From contig CAZTBF010000002.1 in the NCBI GenBank assembly GCA_964611875.1, positions 184,439 through 248,438 on the forward strand: a DNA stretch of 64,000 nucleotides, given 5' to 3'. This document shows, piece after piece, positions 1 to 7,936 of this stretch. Both the position numbers and the translations under genes were made by a program. Position 1 is the first letter of the stretch. Every line of letters begins with the position of its first letter. Source of the stretch: an uncultured Gammaproteobacteria bacterium (GTDB taxonomy: Bacteria; Patescibacteriota; Patescibacteriia; UBA2169). The notes below the pieces were generated by a model. It was not told where the DNA came from. It made no database searches and was given only the letters and a program-made list of their open reading frames with translations.

Positions 1-143
1 GTTCAGGATGACGGGCGTAAGGTACATAGACAAGCATTCCCCCTCTTGTACTCAGGAGGGGGTAAGGGGGTGGTTGTTCCTCATCGCGTTATACACGAAC
101 CCTCCCCTAACCCCTCCCTGATTACAGGGAGGGGAATGTTTTG
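1..143. repeat. Intergenic C-rich hairpin repeat modules (window edge)
   Basis: GTTCAGGATGACG word at 1-13 recurs at 16137 and 63846. Hairpins CCCCCTC..GAGGGGG and CCCCTCCCTG..CAGGGAGGGG are present. The ACGAACCCTCCCC word is shared with 2650-2665. Confidence 0.6.
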
Positions 144-329
144 TTACGCGTACTCCTCATTAAATGCCTTATTCGCTGCAATGACTTCGGTGAAGTGTTT
201 GCGTGAGTAGTGTTCTGCTTTTTTGCCGACGTTAAAGTGGGAGACTGGTCTGTGGTAGCCCATAACGCGTGTCCATACTTCGCATTTGGTGCGTGTTTTT
301 TGTGTGGGTTGTTCTGTGGTGTGTTGCAT
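144..329 (-). CDS. nrdD: Class III (anaerobic) ribonucleotide reductase NrdD, detached C-terminal glycyl-radical fragment (61 aa)
   Basis: CEVWTRVMGYHRPVSHFNVGKKAEHYSRKHF matches the NrdD C-terminal C..RVxGY..(W/F)NxGKxxE..R glycyl-radical loop. It is on the same strand as the large nrdD ORF and directly downstream of it. Confidence 0.75.
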   Translation of the reverse strand: MQHTTEQPTQKTRTKCEVWTRVMGYHRPVSHFNVGKKAEHYSRKHFTEVIAANKAFNEEYA

Positions 330-343
330 ATGTTTTTGTTTGG

Positions 344-421
344 GACTACGGATTACAGATCCTGTACAGATTTACGAATAAAAACATCTGTATATTCGTA
401 CTAGATCTGTAATCCGTAGTC
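344..421. repeat. 78-bp palindromic (MITE-like) element with GACTACGGATTACAGAT termini
   Basis: Left end GACTACGGATTACAGATC (344-361) is the reverse complement of GATCTGTAATCCGTAGTC (404-421). Related copies lie at 2552 and 19390. Confidence 0.8.
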
Positions 422-426
422 ATTAA

Positions 427-2544
427 TTATTTATAAGATTCTTTATTGTTATAGGTTTCTCTATAGGTATCATCAAACCGCTCTCCTGCGATAACACCTG
501 CATCTTTGTCGCATACCGGGCAGTAGTCATACTCTCCGGCGAGGTAGCCATGTACTGGGCAAATGGAGAAGGTTGGGGTGATGGTTATGTAGGGTAATCG
601 ATATTTGCTGAGTATGGTTTTGACTAAGGAGCCACAGGTTTGGGCATCGCTTAGGCGTTCGTTCATGTAGCAGTGGAGTACGGTGCCTCCGGTGTATTTT
701 GTTTGGAGCACATCTTGTTTATCTAATGCTTCAAATACATCGTCGGTGTAGCCTACGGGGAGTTGGGAGGAGTTGGTGTAGTAGGGGGCAGCTTGGGTTC
801 CTGCTTGGAGTATTTTGGGGAATCGCTTTTGATCTTCTTTTGCAAAGCGGTAGGTGGTGCCTTCGCCGGGGGTTGCTTCGAGGTTGTATAAATGGTCGCT
901 TTCTTCTTGGTATGCTATGAGTTTTTCTCGCATTACGTCCATAATGCGTTCTGCGAATTGTTGGCCCCATGGGGTTGCTATGGTTTCTGCGTCGTGCGTG
1001 AAATTGCGTATGGCTTCGTTTAATCCGTTTAACCCGATGGTTGAAAAGTGGTTGCGCAAATACCCAAGGTATCGTTTGGTAAAGGGGAATAATCCTTTAT
1101 CGATCCATTTTTGTATTTCTTTCCGTTTGAGTTCGAGCGAGGTGTAGGCTAAGTCCATAAGGTGTTCTATTCGTTCGGTAAAGGCTGCTTCATCGCCTGC
1201 GTGCATGTATCCTATGCGTGCCATATTTATGGTGACGACTCCTATGGAGCCGGTCATCTCGGCACTGCCAAAGAGTCCGCCTCCACGCTTTTTGAGTTGG
1301 TTTAAATCGAGTTGTAGCCTGCAACACATACTGCGTACATCGCCGGGGTTCATGTCGGAATTGATAAAGTTTTGAAAGTACGGGGTGCCATATTTTGCGG
1401 TCATTTCAAAGAGTGGCTTGGTGTTTGGATCGTCCCAATCAAAATCTTTGGTGATGTTGTAGGTTGGTATCGGAAAAGTGAAGGTTCTGCCTTTGGCGTC
1501 GCCGGTACTCATTACTTCTATAAATGCTCGGTTGATCATGTCCATTTCTTTTTGTAATTCCCCAAAGGTGTAGGGGAATGGCTCTCCGCCGAGGAGGAGT
1601 TTTTTTTCTCGTAGATCATTGGGGCATACCCAATCGAGTGTTATGTTGGTAAACGGTGTTTGAGTTCCCCAACGGGAGGGGATATTTAAATTGAATACAA
1701 ATGACTGAATATTTTGATACACGTAGTTATATGTTTTTTCTTGTATGTAGGTATGCATTGCCTCGTGTGTGGCAAATTGCATGTCGTGCTTTCGGATATC
1801 TTCTAACAATTCCATTTTGTATTTGCGTACAAAGGGTGCGAGGTAGGTATCAAAACTGGAGAATGCTTGTGCGCCTGCCCATTCGTTTTGGAGGGTACCT
1901 AAAAAGTTGACCATTTGGGCGACTGCTGAGCTTAAATGTTTTGGTGGGTGTGATTCTATTTTTTCGGGTACGCCGTTGAACCCTTCTTCCAGTAATGCGC
2001 GCAAGCTCCAGCCTGCGCAGTATCCTGAAAACATATCTAAATCATGGATATGCATGTCTGCGTTGCGGTGGGCGTCTCCTACATTTTTTGGATAGATATG
2101 TGAGAGCCAATAGTTTGCGGTCATTTTTCCTGAGGTGTTGAGGATCATTCCTCCAAGTGAGTAGCCTTGGTTTGCGTTTGCGGATACGCGCCAATCGAGC
2201 TTTTCTAGATATTCGGATATGGTTTTTTCTACTTCTACGACCACGTTTTTATCGCTTCTGCTTTCTGCTCGTTTGGTGCGGTATTGTATGTATGCTTTGG
2301 CGAGTTCTGGATAGTTGTGTGCGATGAGTACTTTTTCTACGACATCTTGTATGTCTTCTACTGTTGGTATGGTATCGGCATAGTGTTCTTCGAGTTGGGT
2401 GAGTACATGTTTGGTGAGGGTGTGTGCATGTATATCTTTTGTTTTGCCTATTGCGTGTATTGCTTTTTCTATTGCTCGTTCTATTTTGGTGAGGTCAAAG
2501 TCTACGATTGCGCCGTTGCGTTTTTGTATTTTGAGTAATGACAT
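427..2544 (-). CDS. nrdD: Class III ribonucleotide reductase NrdD, large fragment (705 aa) lacking the glycyl-radical loop
   Basis: N-terminal ATP-cone (KIQKRNGAIVDFDLTKIERAIEKA) and a long class III RNR core. The C-terminal end has CPVHGY..YCPVC (zinc ribbon half), then a TAA stop. Confidence 0.9.
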   Translation of the reverse strand: MSLLKIQKRNGAIVDFDLTKIERAIEKAIHAIGKTKDIHAHTLTKHVLTQLEEHYADTIPTVEDIQDVVEKVLIAHNYPELAKAYIQYRTKRAESRSDKNVVVEVEKTISEYLEKLDWRVSANANQGYSLGGMILNTSGKMTANYWLSHIYPKNVGDAHRNADMHIHDLDMFSGYCAGWSLRALLEEGFNGVPEKIESHPPKHLSSAVAQMVNFLGTLQNEWAGAQAFSSFDTYLAPFVRKYKMELLEDIRKHDMQFATHEAMHTYIQEKTYNYVYQNIQSFVFNLNIPSRWGTQTPFTNITLDWVCPNDLREKKLLLGGEPFPYTFGELQKEMDMINRAFIEVMSTGDAKGRTFTFPIPTYNITKDFDWDDPNTKPLFEMTAKYGTPYFQNFINSDMNPGDVRSMCCRLQLDLNQLKKRGGGLFGSAEMTGSIGVVTINMARIGYMHAGDEAAFTERIEHLMDLAYTSLELKRKEIQKWIDKGLFPFTKRYLGYLRNHFSTIGLNGLNEAIRNFTHDAETIATPWGQQFAERIMDVMREKLIAYQEESDHLYNLEATPGEGTTYRFAKEDQKRFPKILQAGTQAAPYYTNSSQLPVGYTDDVFEALDKQDVLQTKYTGGTVLHCYMNERLSDAQTCGSLVKTILSKYRLPYITITPTFSICPVHGYLAGEYDYCPVCDKDAGVIAGERFDDTYRETYNNKESYK

Positions 2545-2551
2545 ATTATAT

Positions 2552-2593
2552 GACTACGGATTACAGATTAAGTACAGATATACGAATGTATTG
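2552..2593. repeat. Half copy of the GACTACGGATTACAGAT element, 7 nt from the nrdD ATG
   Basis: GACTACGGATTACAGATTAAGTACAGATATACGAATG matches the left arm of the 344 and 19390 copies. No right arm follows. Confidence 0.6.
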
Positions 2594-2700
2594 CTCCCCT
2601 CCTGCCAAGGAGGGGCTGGGGGAGGTTATGTGAATACTTGTTGGTCATCACGAACCCCCTCCGGCTCCCCCTTAGCAAGGGGGAGAGTAAGAAGGAAGAC
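2594..2700. repeat. C-rich hairpin repeat module homologous to 52-143
   Basis: Hairpins CCCCTCC-TGCCAA-GGAGGGG and CTCCCCC-TTAGCAA-GGGGGAG. GGGGCTGGGGGAGGTT and CACGAACCCCCTCC parallel GGGGTAAGGGGGTGGTT and CACGAACCCTCCCC at the window start. Confidence 0.55.
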
Positions 2701-2727
2701 ACAAAAAGCTCACCTTGTGGGTGAGCT
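2701..2727 (-). terminator. Intrinsic terminator after the Com-like gene
   Basis: AGCTCAC/GTGAGCT stem followed on the minus strand by TTTTTGT. Confidence 0.6.
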
Positions 2728-2751
2728 TCTGGAGCTTCGACGTGTGTATGT

Positions 2752-2979
2752 TTAGTTGTTCTCTGCTGTATGCCGTACGCGGTTGGGGCAGGGGTATATC
2801 ATGCAGAGGTACTTATCTGCTGGTTCTCCGTGTATTTCTACGAGCTTTCCGCATCCCTTGCATTTTATCTCGACCACGCTTTCTATGAGTACTCCTTTGA
2901 ATAGTAATTTGCCGCATGAGCATCTGTGTTCTTGGTATCCGGTTCCCATATGTTGGGGGTTGAGTATTATGTGTACCAC
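2752..2979 (-). CDS. Small Com-like (phage Mu Com type) zinc-ribbon protein
   Basis: HRCSCGKLLFKG..EIKCKGCGKLVEI resembles the Mu Com CxxC..LLFK..IxCxxC pattern (from memory). Confidence 0.55.
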   Translation of the reverse strand: MVHIILNPQHMGTGYQEHRCSCGKLLFKGVLIESVVEIKCKGCGKLVEIHGEPADKYLCMIYPCPNRVRHTAENN

Positions 2980-3155
2980 TATATATTGTGGTATGTACTA
3001 GTATACTCCTGTGTATTTTTTTTTGCAAAATGATAGGTGGGTGGATAACTTTATTCTTGGTATATTTATTGACAAAAAGAAAATATTTATGATATTATAT
3101 TTTGTTCTTTATAATAATGTTTCAAAATTCACACTTACACGAAATGAGGTTATAG

Positions 3156-3758
3156 ATGAATTCTTCAGATCCTTCGTTTAAGAAACGTGTTATTCGTTTG
3201 GCTGAAGAGGGTGTTAATCCTGGTGTTATCAAGTGGCAAAGAGAAATGTCAATTCATTTTGTAGATTGTGCTGATGGTACTGTTGGTCAGTGGGAGGCCT
3301 TTCATGCCCCGACATTTGTGAAAACGGTATCTGTTGCAGCATTTACCTCTGAAGGAAAAATGATATTAGTTCGAATGTTTCGATTTCCTGTCAGATCTTG
3401 GTGTATTGATTTACCTGGTGGGGACAATAAAGAAGGTGAATCTCTTAAAGATGCTGTAATGCGCGAACTACTTGAAGAGACTGGATATGCAACGGATGGT
3501 CCTGTAGATATTTTATCAAGCGGATACATTAGTACTGCGCATACGAACGTGCCTCATCTCATTTTTTATGCTTCCAATTGTTTTATTGCCCAAGAACCTG
3601 TCCGAGATGCTATGGAGGTTGCCTCGGGTATGGAAGTTGTGCTTATGAGTCCTACTCAAATAATGAGGAATATTGCAAATCTAAAGAACACATATGGTTA
3701 TGGCCTTTCTCGTGCACTTTTACTTCTTTCGTATGGTGGTACGGTGAAATTTGAGTAG
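3156..3758 (+). CDS. NUDIX hydrolase
   Basis: Nudix box GDNKEGESLKDAVMRELLEETGY (Gx5Ex7REUxEExGU). Confidence 0.85.
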   Translation: MNSSDPSFKKRVIRLAEEGVNPGVIKWQREMSIHFVDCADGTVGQWEAFHAPTFVKTVSVAAFTSEGKMILVRMFRFPVRSWCIDLPGGDNKEGESLKDAVMRELLEETGYATDGPVDILSSGYISTAHTNVPHLIFYASNCFIAQEPVRDAMEVASGMEVVLMSPTQIMRNIANLKNTYGYGLSRALLLLSYGGTVKFE

Positions 3759-3764
3759 TTATTT

Positions 3765-3801
3765 CCTCTCTACTATATAATGGTAGGGGGGATTTTTTTT
3801 T
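3765..3801 (+). terminator. Intrinsic terminator after the NUDIX gene
   Basis: CCTCTCTAC..GTAGGGGGG stem (two G-U pairs) followed by a T9 run. Confidence 0.55.
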
Positions 3802-3837
3802 GCTCATTTCCCTATTTTCCTATACGCTCAATAGACT

Positions 3838-5100
3838 ATGGATCAAAAAACAGCGCTGAAAATGTTGAAATCTGGTAAGAATGTGTTTCTCACGGGCCCT
3901 GCGGGGAGTGGGAAGACGTTTGTGTTGCGTGAGTTTATTGAGCATTTAAAAAAGAAGAATATTAAGCATGCGGTTACAGCTTCTACGGGTATTGCTGCCA
4001 CGCATTTGGATGGTACTACTATTCACTCATGGTCTGGCATTGGGGCGAAGGAGGTGCTGAAGGGGCGTGAGTTGCAAAAGCTTGCGGATAATGAGCACGT
4101 GGCTGAGCGGTTTTTGGCGTGTGATGTGTTGATTATTGATGAGATTTCTATGATTGATGCGCGTACGCTGAATCTGATTGATGAGGTGTGTATGGCGGTG
4201 AAGCGGAGTGTGCAACCGTTTGGTGGGTTGCAGGTTGTTGTGTGTGGTGATTTTTTTCAATTGCCTCCGGTGCGGAGTGATCGCTCGAAACCTATTTTGG
4301 CGTATCATGCGGATTCGTGGAAGCGGGCTCATTTTCGGGTGTGTTATTTGGAGGAGCAGTTTCGGCATGAGGATGAGGTGTTTATGCAGGTGTTGAATGA
4401 TATTCGGCATAACACTACTTCTTATGAAACCGAGGAATTGTTGCAATCGCGCTATTTGCAACCTGTTTCGAGTGAGGTGTATACGACCAAATTATTTGCT
4501 CGGAATGCGGATGCGGATCAGGTGAATGAGTTGGAGCTTGAGCGGCTCGCGGGGGATGCGTGTGTGTACCGTATGCGGACCAAGGGTAAAAAGGATTTGG
4601 TTTCTCAATTGCAAAAGGATTTTAACAAGGTGCCGAGGGAGTTGGTGTTGAAGGTGGGGGCGTTGGTTATGTTTACGAAGAACAATTTTGAGTTTGGGTA
4701 TGTGAATGGCACGCTTGGTGAGGTGGTGGATTTTTGGGAGGATGATGAGGAGGTGTTGTTGCCTGTTGTCCGGTTACGTTCGGGTAAGCGGATTCATGTT
4801 GGGTATAGTAGTTGGTCCATGGAGCATAATGATCAGGTGGTGGCTTCGCTTATTCAGGTGCCTGTTCGGCTTGCGTGGGCGATTACGATTCACAAATCGC
4901 AGGGGATGACGCTTGATACGGCTGAGATTAATTTGGGGAATACGTTTGGACATGGTATGGGGTATGTGGCGCTTTCACGGGTGCGTTCTTTGGATACGTT
5001 GAATCTGACTGGTTTTTCTCGGCGGGCGCTTTCTGTTGATCCTGAGGTTTCTGAGGTTGATGTGGTGTTTCGGCGGTTGTCTGAGGGGAAGAAAAGTTGA
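3838..5100 (+). CDS. PIF1/RecD-like SF1B DNA helicase
   Basis: Motifs GPAGSGKTF (Walker A), IIDEISM, GDFFQLPPV, HKSQGMT and YVALSRV. Confidence 0.85.
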   Translation: MDQKTALKMLKSGKNVFLTGPAGSGKTFVLREFIEHLKKKNIKHAVTASTGIAATHLDGTTIHSWSGIGAKEVLKGRELQKLADNEHVAERFLACDVLIIDEISMIDARTLNLIDEVCMAVKRSVQPFGGLQVVVCGDFFQLPPVRSDRSKPILAYHADSWKRAHFRVCYLEEQFRHEDEVFMQVLNDIRHNTTSYETEELLQSRYLQPVSSEVYTTKLFARNADADQVNELELERLAGDACVYRMRTKGKKDLVSQLQKDFNKVPRELVLKVGALVMFTKNNFEFGYVNGTLGEVVDFWEDDEEVLLPVVRLRSGKRIHVGYSSWSMEHNDQVVASLIQVPVRLAWAITIHKSQGMTLDTAEINLGNTFGHGMGYVALSRVRSLDTLNLTGFSRRALSVDPEVSEVDVVFRRLSEGKKS

Positions 5101-5110
5101 AAAAAATTTT

Positions 5111-5140
5111 AACGGTCGCGATGGGTGACCGTTGATTTTA
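5111..5140 (+). terminator. Intrinsic terminator, AACGGTC..GACCGTT family
   Basis: AACGGTCGCGATGGGTGACCGTT followed by a T-rich tract. It is related to the terminators at 8402, 9385 and 10026. Confidence 0.6.
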
Positions 5141-5184
5141 GGGGCTAAAAAGGGTAGGGTTAGTATGTACGTAGCCTAAAATAT

Positions 5185-5535
5185 ATGTCTGATATTTCCC
5201 CTGTTTTAGAAAAATTACTTGCTTTTAGAAAGGAGAGGGATTGGGAGCAATTTCATAAGCCGAAGGATTTGGCTTTATCTTTGGTTTTGGAGGCTTCGGA
5301 GGTGTTGGAACATTTTCAATGGAAGACGACTGAGGAGATTGAGGAGTATGTGAAATCGAATAAGGATGATATTGCTGAGGAGTTGGCTGATGTGTTTAAT
5401 TGGGTTATTTTGCTTTCTCATGATTTGGGGATTGATGTTGTTGATGCTGCGCATAAGAAGATTGAGAAGAATGGGTTGAAGTATCCTGTTGGGAAAGTGA
5501 ATGGTAAGTCGGATAAGTATGATAGGTATGAATGA
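5185..5535 (+). CDS. MazG-like all-alpha nucleoside triphosphate pyrophosphohydrolase
   Basis: LVLEASEVLEHFQWK and EELADVFNWVILLSHDLGIDV are typical of small MazG/dCTPase-like proteins. Confidence 0.8.
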   Translation: MSDISPVLEKLLAFRKERDWEQFHKPKDLALSLVLEASEVLEHFQWKTTEEIEEYVKSNKDDIAEELADVFNWVILLSHDLGIDVVDAAHKKIEKNGLKYPVGKVNGKSDKYDRYE

Positions 5536-5695
5536 TGAGGTTTGATTCCGTATAACATGCTGATTTGGTGTGCTATACAAAAACATTCCGTATAATTTCT
5601 AGTTATATGAAATACGTGTTTTTCTCTTGGGCTACCGCCCGCTCTTAAAAATAATCTGATTTTGTTCCTTAATTATTTAAGGAGGGGAAAACAAG

Positions 5696-7021
5696 GTGTC
5701 TTCTCCGCTACGCTACGAAGATAAATTTAAAAATATGATCAAACAACAAATTAAGTCAATAAGAGTAAAAGAATTATGTTTGTGGACTGAAAATCCCAGA
5801 GATCCAATGGATCCAAAAGATACAGATTACAATATAATCAAGAAAGCTATTGCAGATGAAAGATCAAAATGGAATTTGCAAAAAATAGTTGCAGAAATGG
5901 GTACTCATTACGACCTGAGCGAGCTACCAACTGTCGTAAAACTAGATAAAAAATTTATAGTATTTGATGGAAACCGCAGAATTGCGGTGCTGAAATATTT
6001 ACAAGATGAAGAGTTGTATGGAAAATTGGGTGGCGGACTTTTTTTTAAAGAAGAGCCAAAAGAATTAAGAGAACAGTTGGAAGTTCCATGTAATTTATGC
6101 ACGAAGGAAGTTGCCCTTACTAACATTGAAAGGAAGCATGTTAATAATGGTTCATGGGGTCCTCTAGAAAGAGAATATTTTTTACATATTCACAGAGGTC
6201 ACAAAAAAAGTTTATTTTTAAAATTCGAAGAACAAACAGGTGGCGCAATAAGTAATCACCCAAAAATGAATCAGAGGGTAGTGAAAGAAGAATTGTTGAC
6301 TAAGAAAAACTTAGAGGAAATAGGAATAAGCTTCAATGAAGACGAAAAGCTTGTCTCGAACATTTCAAACAGCGACACAAAAAAAGTAATAGATAACATC
6401 ATATCCACTGTTGAAGACTCAAAAGCATTAACTAGAGGTGCAAATCGTGGAAAATTAAAAGAAACCATTTTGCAAGAGCATCCAGAGATGAAAGACAAAT
6501 TGAAACCTTTTGACGACACAAAAAATAAGCACGTTATCAAAATAAATAGCAACATTGACAATGTTAAACCTCCAAGGAAAACACCAAAAACGAACAGTAA
6601 AAAAATACTGTTCGAGAGAACACTTGTCTTAAAGTCCGGAGATGTTAATAATCTTTACGGTGCAATTTTAAACGTTTATAATAAACATAAAGATGATAAA
6701 GACGTATGGCCAATAATAGGCATGTCACTACGATTATTGCTTGATGTGGCAGCACGATCTCATTATGAAGAAATTCCTGGAGCAACAAAACAAGACAAAG
6801 ATGCAATATATAAAGATTTTCTAAAAAAAGCAAAAAAACAAATGACGGACAAAAAAAATATTAACTATCTATCACTCACAAATGATTGGCTATCAGACAA
6901 ACACTCAATGGATGGCATGTTGGCAAAATATGCTCACGGAAATATAACAACCAATCTGAGTGATATTTTATCTAACTCTTATATCATTTCAGACATTTTA
7001 GAATTCTACTTTAAAAAATAA
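5696..7021 (+). CDS. ParB/Srx-fold N-terminal domain protein with Lys-rich middle and helical C-terminal region (function unknown)
   Basis: GTG start 10 nt after GGAGG. ENPRDPMD and FIVFDGNRRIAVLKYL match ParB-like nuclease/NTPase domain motifs. The gene is very AT-rich. Confidence 0.7.
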   Translation: MSSPLRYEDKFKNMIKQQIKSIRVKELCLWTENPRDPMDPKDTDYNIIKKAIADERSKWNLQKIVAEMGTHYDLSELPTVVKLDKKFIVFDGNRRIAVLKYLQDEELYGKLGGGLFFKEEPKELREQLEVPCNLCTKEVALTNIERKHVNNGSWGPLEREYFLHIHRGHKKSLFLKFEEQTGGAISNHPKMNQRVVKEELLTKKNLEEIGISFNEDEKLVSNISNSDTKKVIDNIISTVEDSKALTRGANRGKLKETILQEHPEMKDKLKPFDDTKNKHVIKINSNIDNVKPPRKTPKTNSKKILFERTLVLKSGDVNNLYGAILNVYNKHKDDKDVWPIIGMSLRLLLDVAARSHYEEIPGATKQDKDAIYKDFLKKAKKQMTDKKNINYLSLTNDWLSDKHSMDGMLAKYAHGNITTNLSDILSNSYIISDILEFYFKK

Positions 7022-7024
7022 ATT

Positions 7025-7879
7025 ATGTTTTATTCCCCTTTACGGTATCCAGGTGGAAAAAATAAACTAGCAAAATTTATTGCCAAAATTTGTGTAAATA
7101 ACGAGATTGACGGACACTACGTTGAACCATATGCAGGTGGTGCTTCTGTTGCTCTTTATTTATTAATCGAACAAAAAGTTAAAAAAATTACCATCAATGA
7201 TTATGATCGATCGATTTATGCTTTTTGGCATTCAGTAGTAAAAAATACGAATAAACTTTGTCGTTTAATTTCAGAAACCGAAGTCAATACTGAAAATTGG
7301 TTAAAAGCAACTGAAATACAAAAAAACAAATCAAAAGCAAATCTTTTGGATCTAGGTTTTTCTACCCTCTTTCTCAACAGAACTAACATATCTGGAATAA
7401 TTAATGCTGGCATAATCGGTGGGATCAATCAAAAAGGTAAGTATAAAATGGATTGCCGTTTTAATAAAAATGAACTTATCAAAAGAATTAAATTAATATC
7501 AAAACACAAAAAACAGATTGAACTCTATAATCTCGATGCACTTGATCTAGTAAAAAAAATACAAAAAGAATCAAACAATAAAAAAACAATTTTTTATTTT
7601 GACCCTCCATACTACCTAAAAGGGTCGTCTTTGTATATGAACTATTACAATGACACTCAGCACAAAAAAGTTGCCAGCACTATTAAAGGCATAAAAAAAA
7701 TTAATTGGATAGTTTCATACGACAATACTCCACAAATAGAATCCATCTACAAATGGGTTTCCAAAAAAAGAATAAAAAAATATACATTCAACCACTCAGC
7801 ATACCGGGCAAGAGAGGGAAAAGAGATATTATTTTTTAGCAAAAATTTACTGACACCAAAAGCTGTTTTTAATATATAA
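7025..7879 (+). CDS. D12-class (Dam-like) N6-adenine DNA methyltransferase
   Basis: Motifs SPLRYPGGKNKL, EPYAGGASV and YFDPPYY. The ATG lies 3 nt after the upstream stop. Confidence 0.85.
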   Translation: MFYSPLRYPGGKNKLAKFIAKICVNNEIDGHYVEPYAGGASVALYLLIEQKVKKITINDYDRSIYAFWHSVVKNTNKLCRLISETEVNTENWLKATEIQKNKSKANLLDLGFSTLFLNRTNISGIINAGIIGGINQKGKYKMDCRFNKNELIKRIKLISKHKKQIELYNLDALDLVKKIQKESNNKKTIFYFDPPYYLKGSSLYMNYYNDTQHKKVASTIKGIKKINWIVSYDNTPQIESIYKWVSKKRIKKYTFNHSAYRAREGKEILFFSKNLLTPKAVFNI

Positions 7880-7883
7880 GAGA

Positions 7884-7936
7884 TTTTTTGCTTCGGGAAT
7901 TTACCCCTTTGATTCCCCTCTTCCCGAAGCAAAAAA
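7884..7936 (+). terminator. Long hairpin closing the ParB-like/Dam unit
   Basis: TTTTTTGCTTCGGGA (7884-7898) pairs with TCCCGAAGCAAAAAA (7922-7936) around a 23-nt loop. Confidence 0.5.

Noticed and set aside
330-429. Group I/II intron, programmed frameshift or T4 gene-60-style bypass joining the two nrdD ORFs
   Set aside because: The gap is only about 100 nt and is occupied by a repeat also found in intergenic DNA. There are no intron core motifs. Two in-frame stops plus a frame change would have to be overcome. I saw no matching take-off and landing codons flanking the hairpin, though I did not test this exhaustively.
3036-3046. DnaA-box-like 9-mers (GGTGGATAA at ~3038 and ~55883, i.e. TTATCCACC) as evidence for oriC near parAB
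   Set aside because: These are single isolated near-matches with no cluster, no AT-rich unwinding element and no dnaA or dnaN in the window.
4027-4461. 144-aa antisense ORF inside the PIF1 helicase gene (and 4208-4396, 4706-4909 in other frames)
   Set aside because: The helicase frame carries all SF1B motifs. The alternative frames stay open only because of the extreme G/T versus A/C skew and give low-complexity translations.
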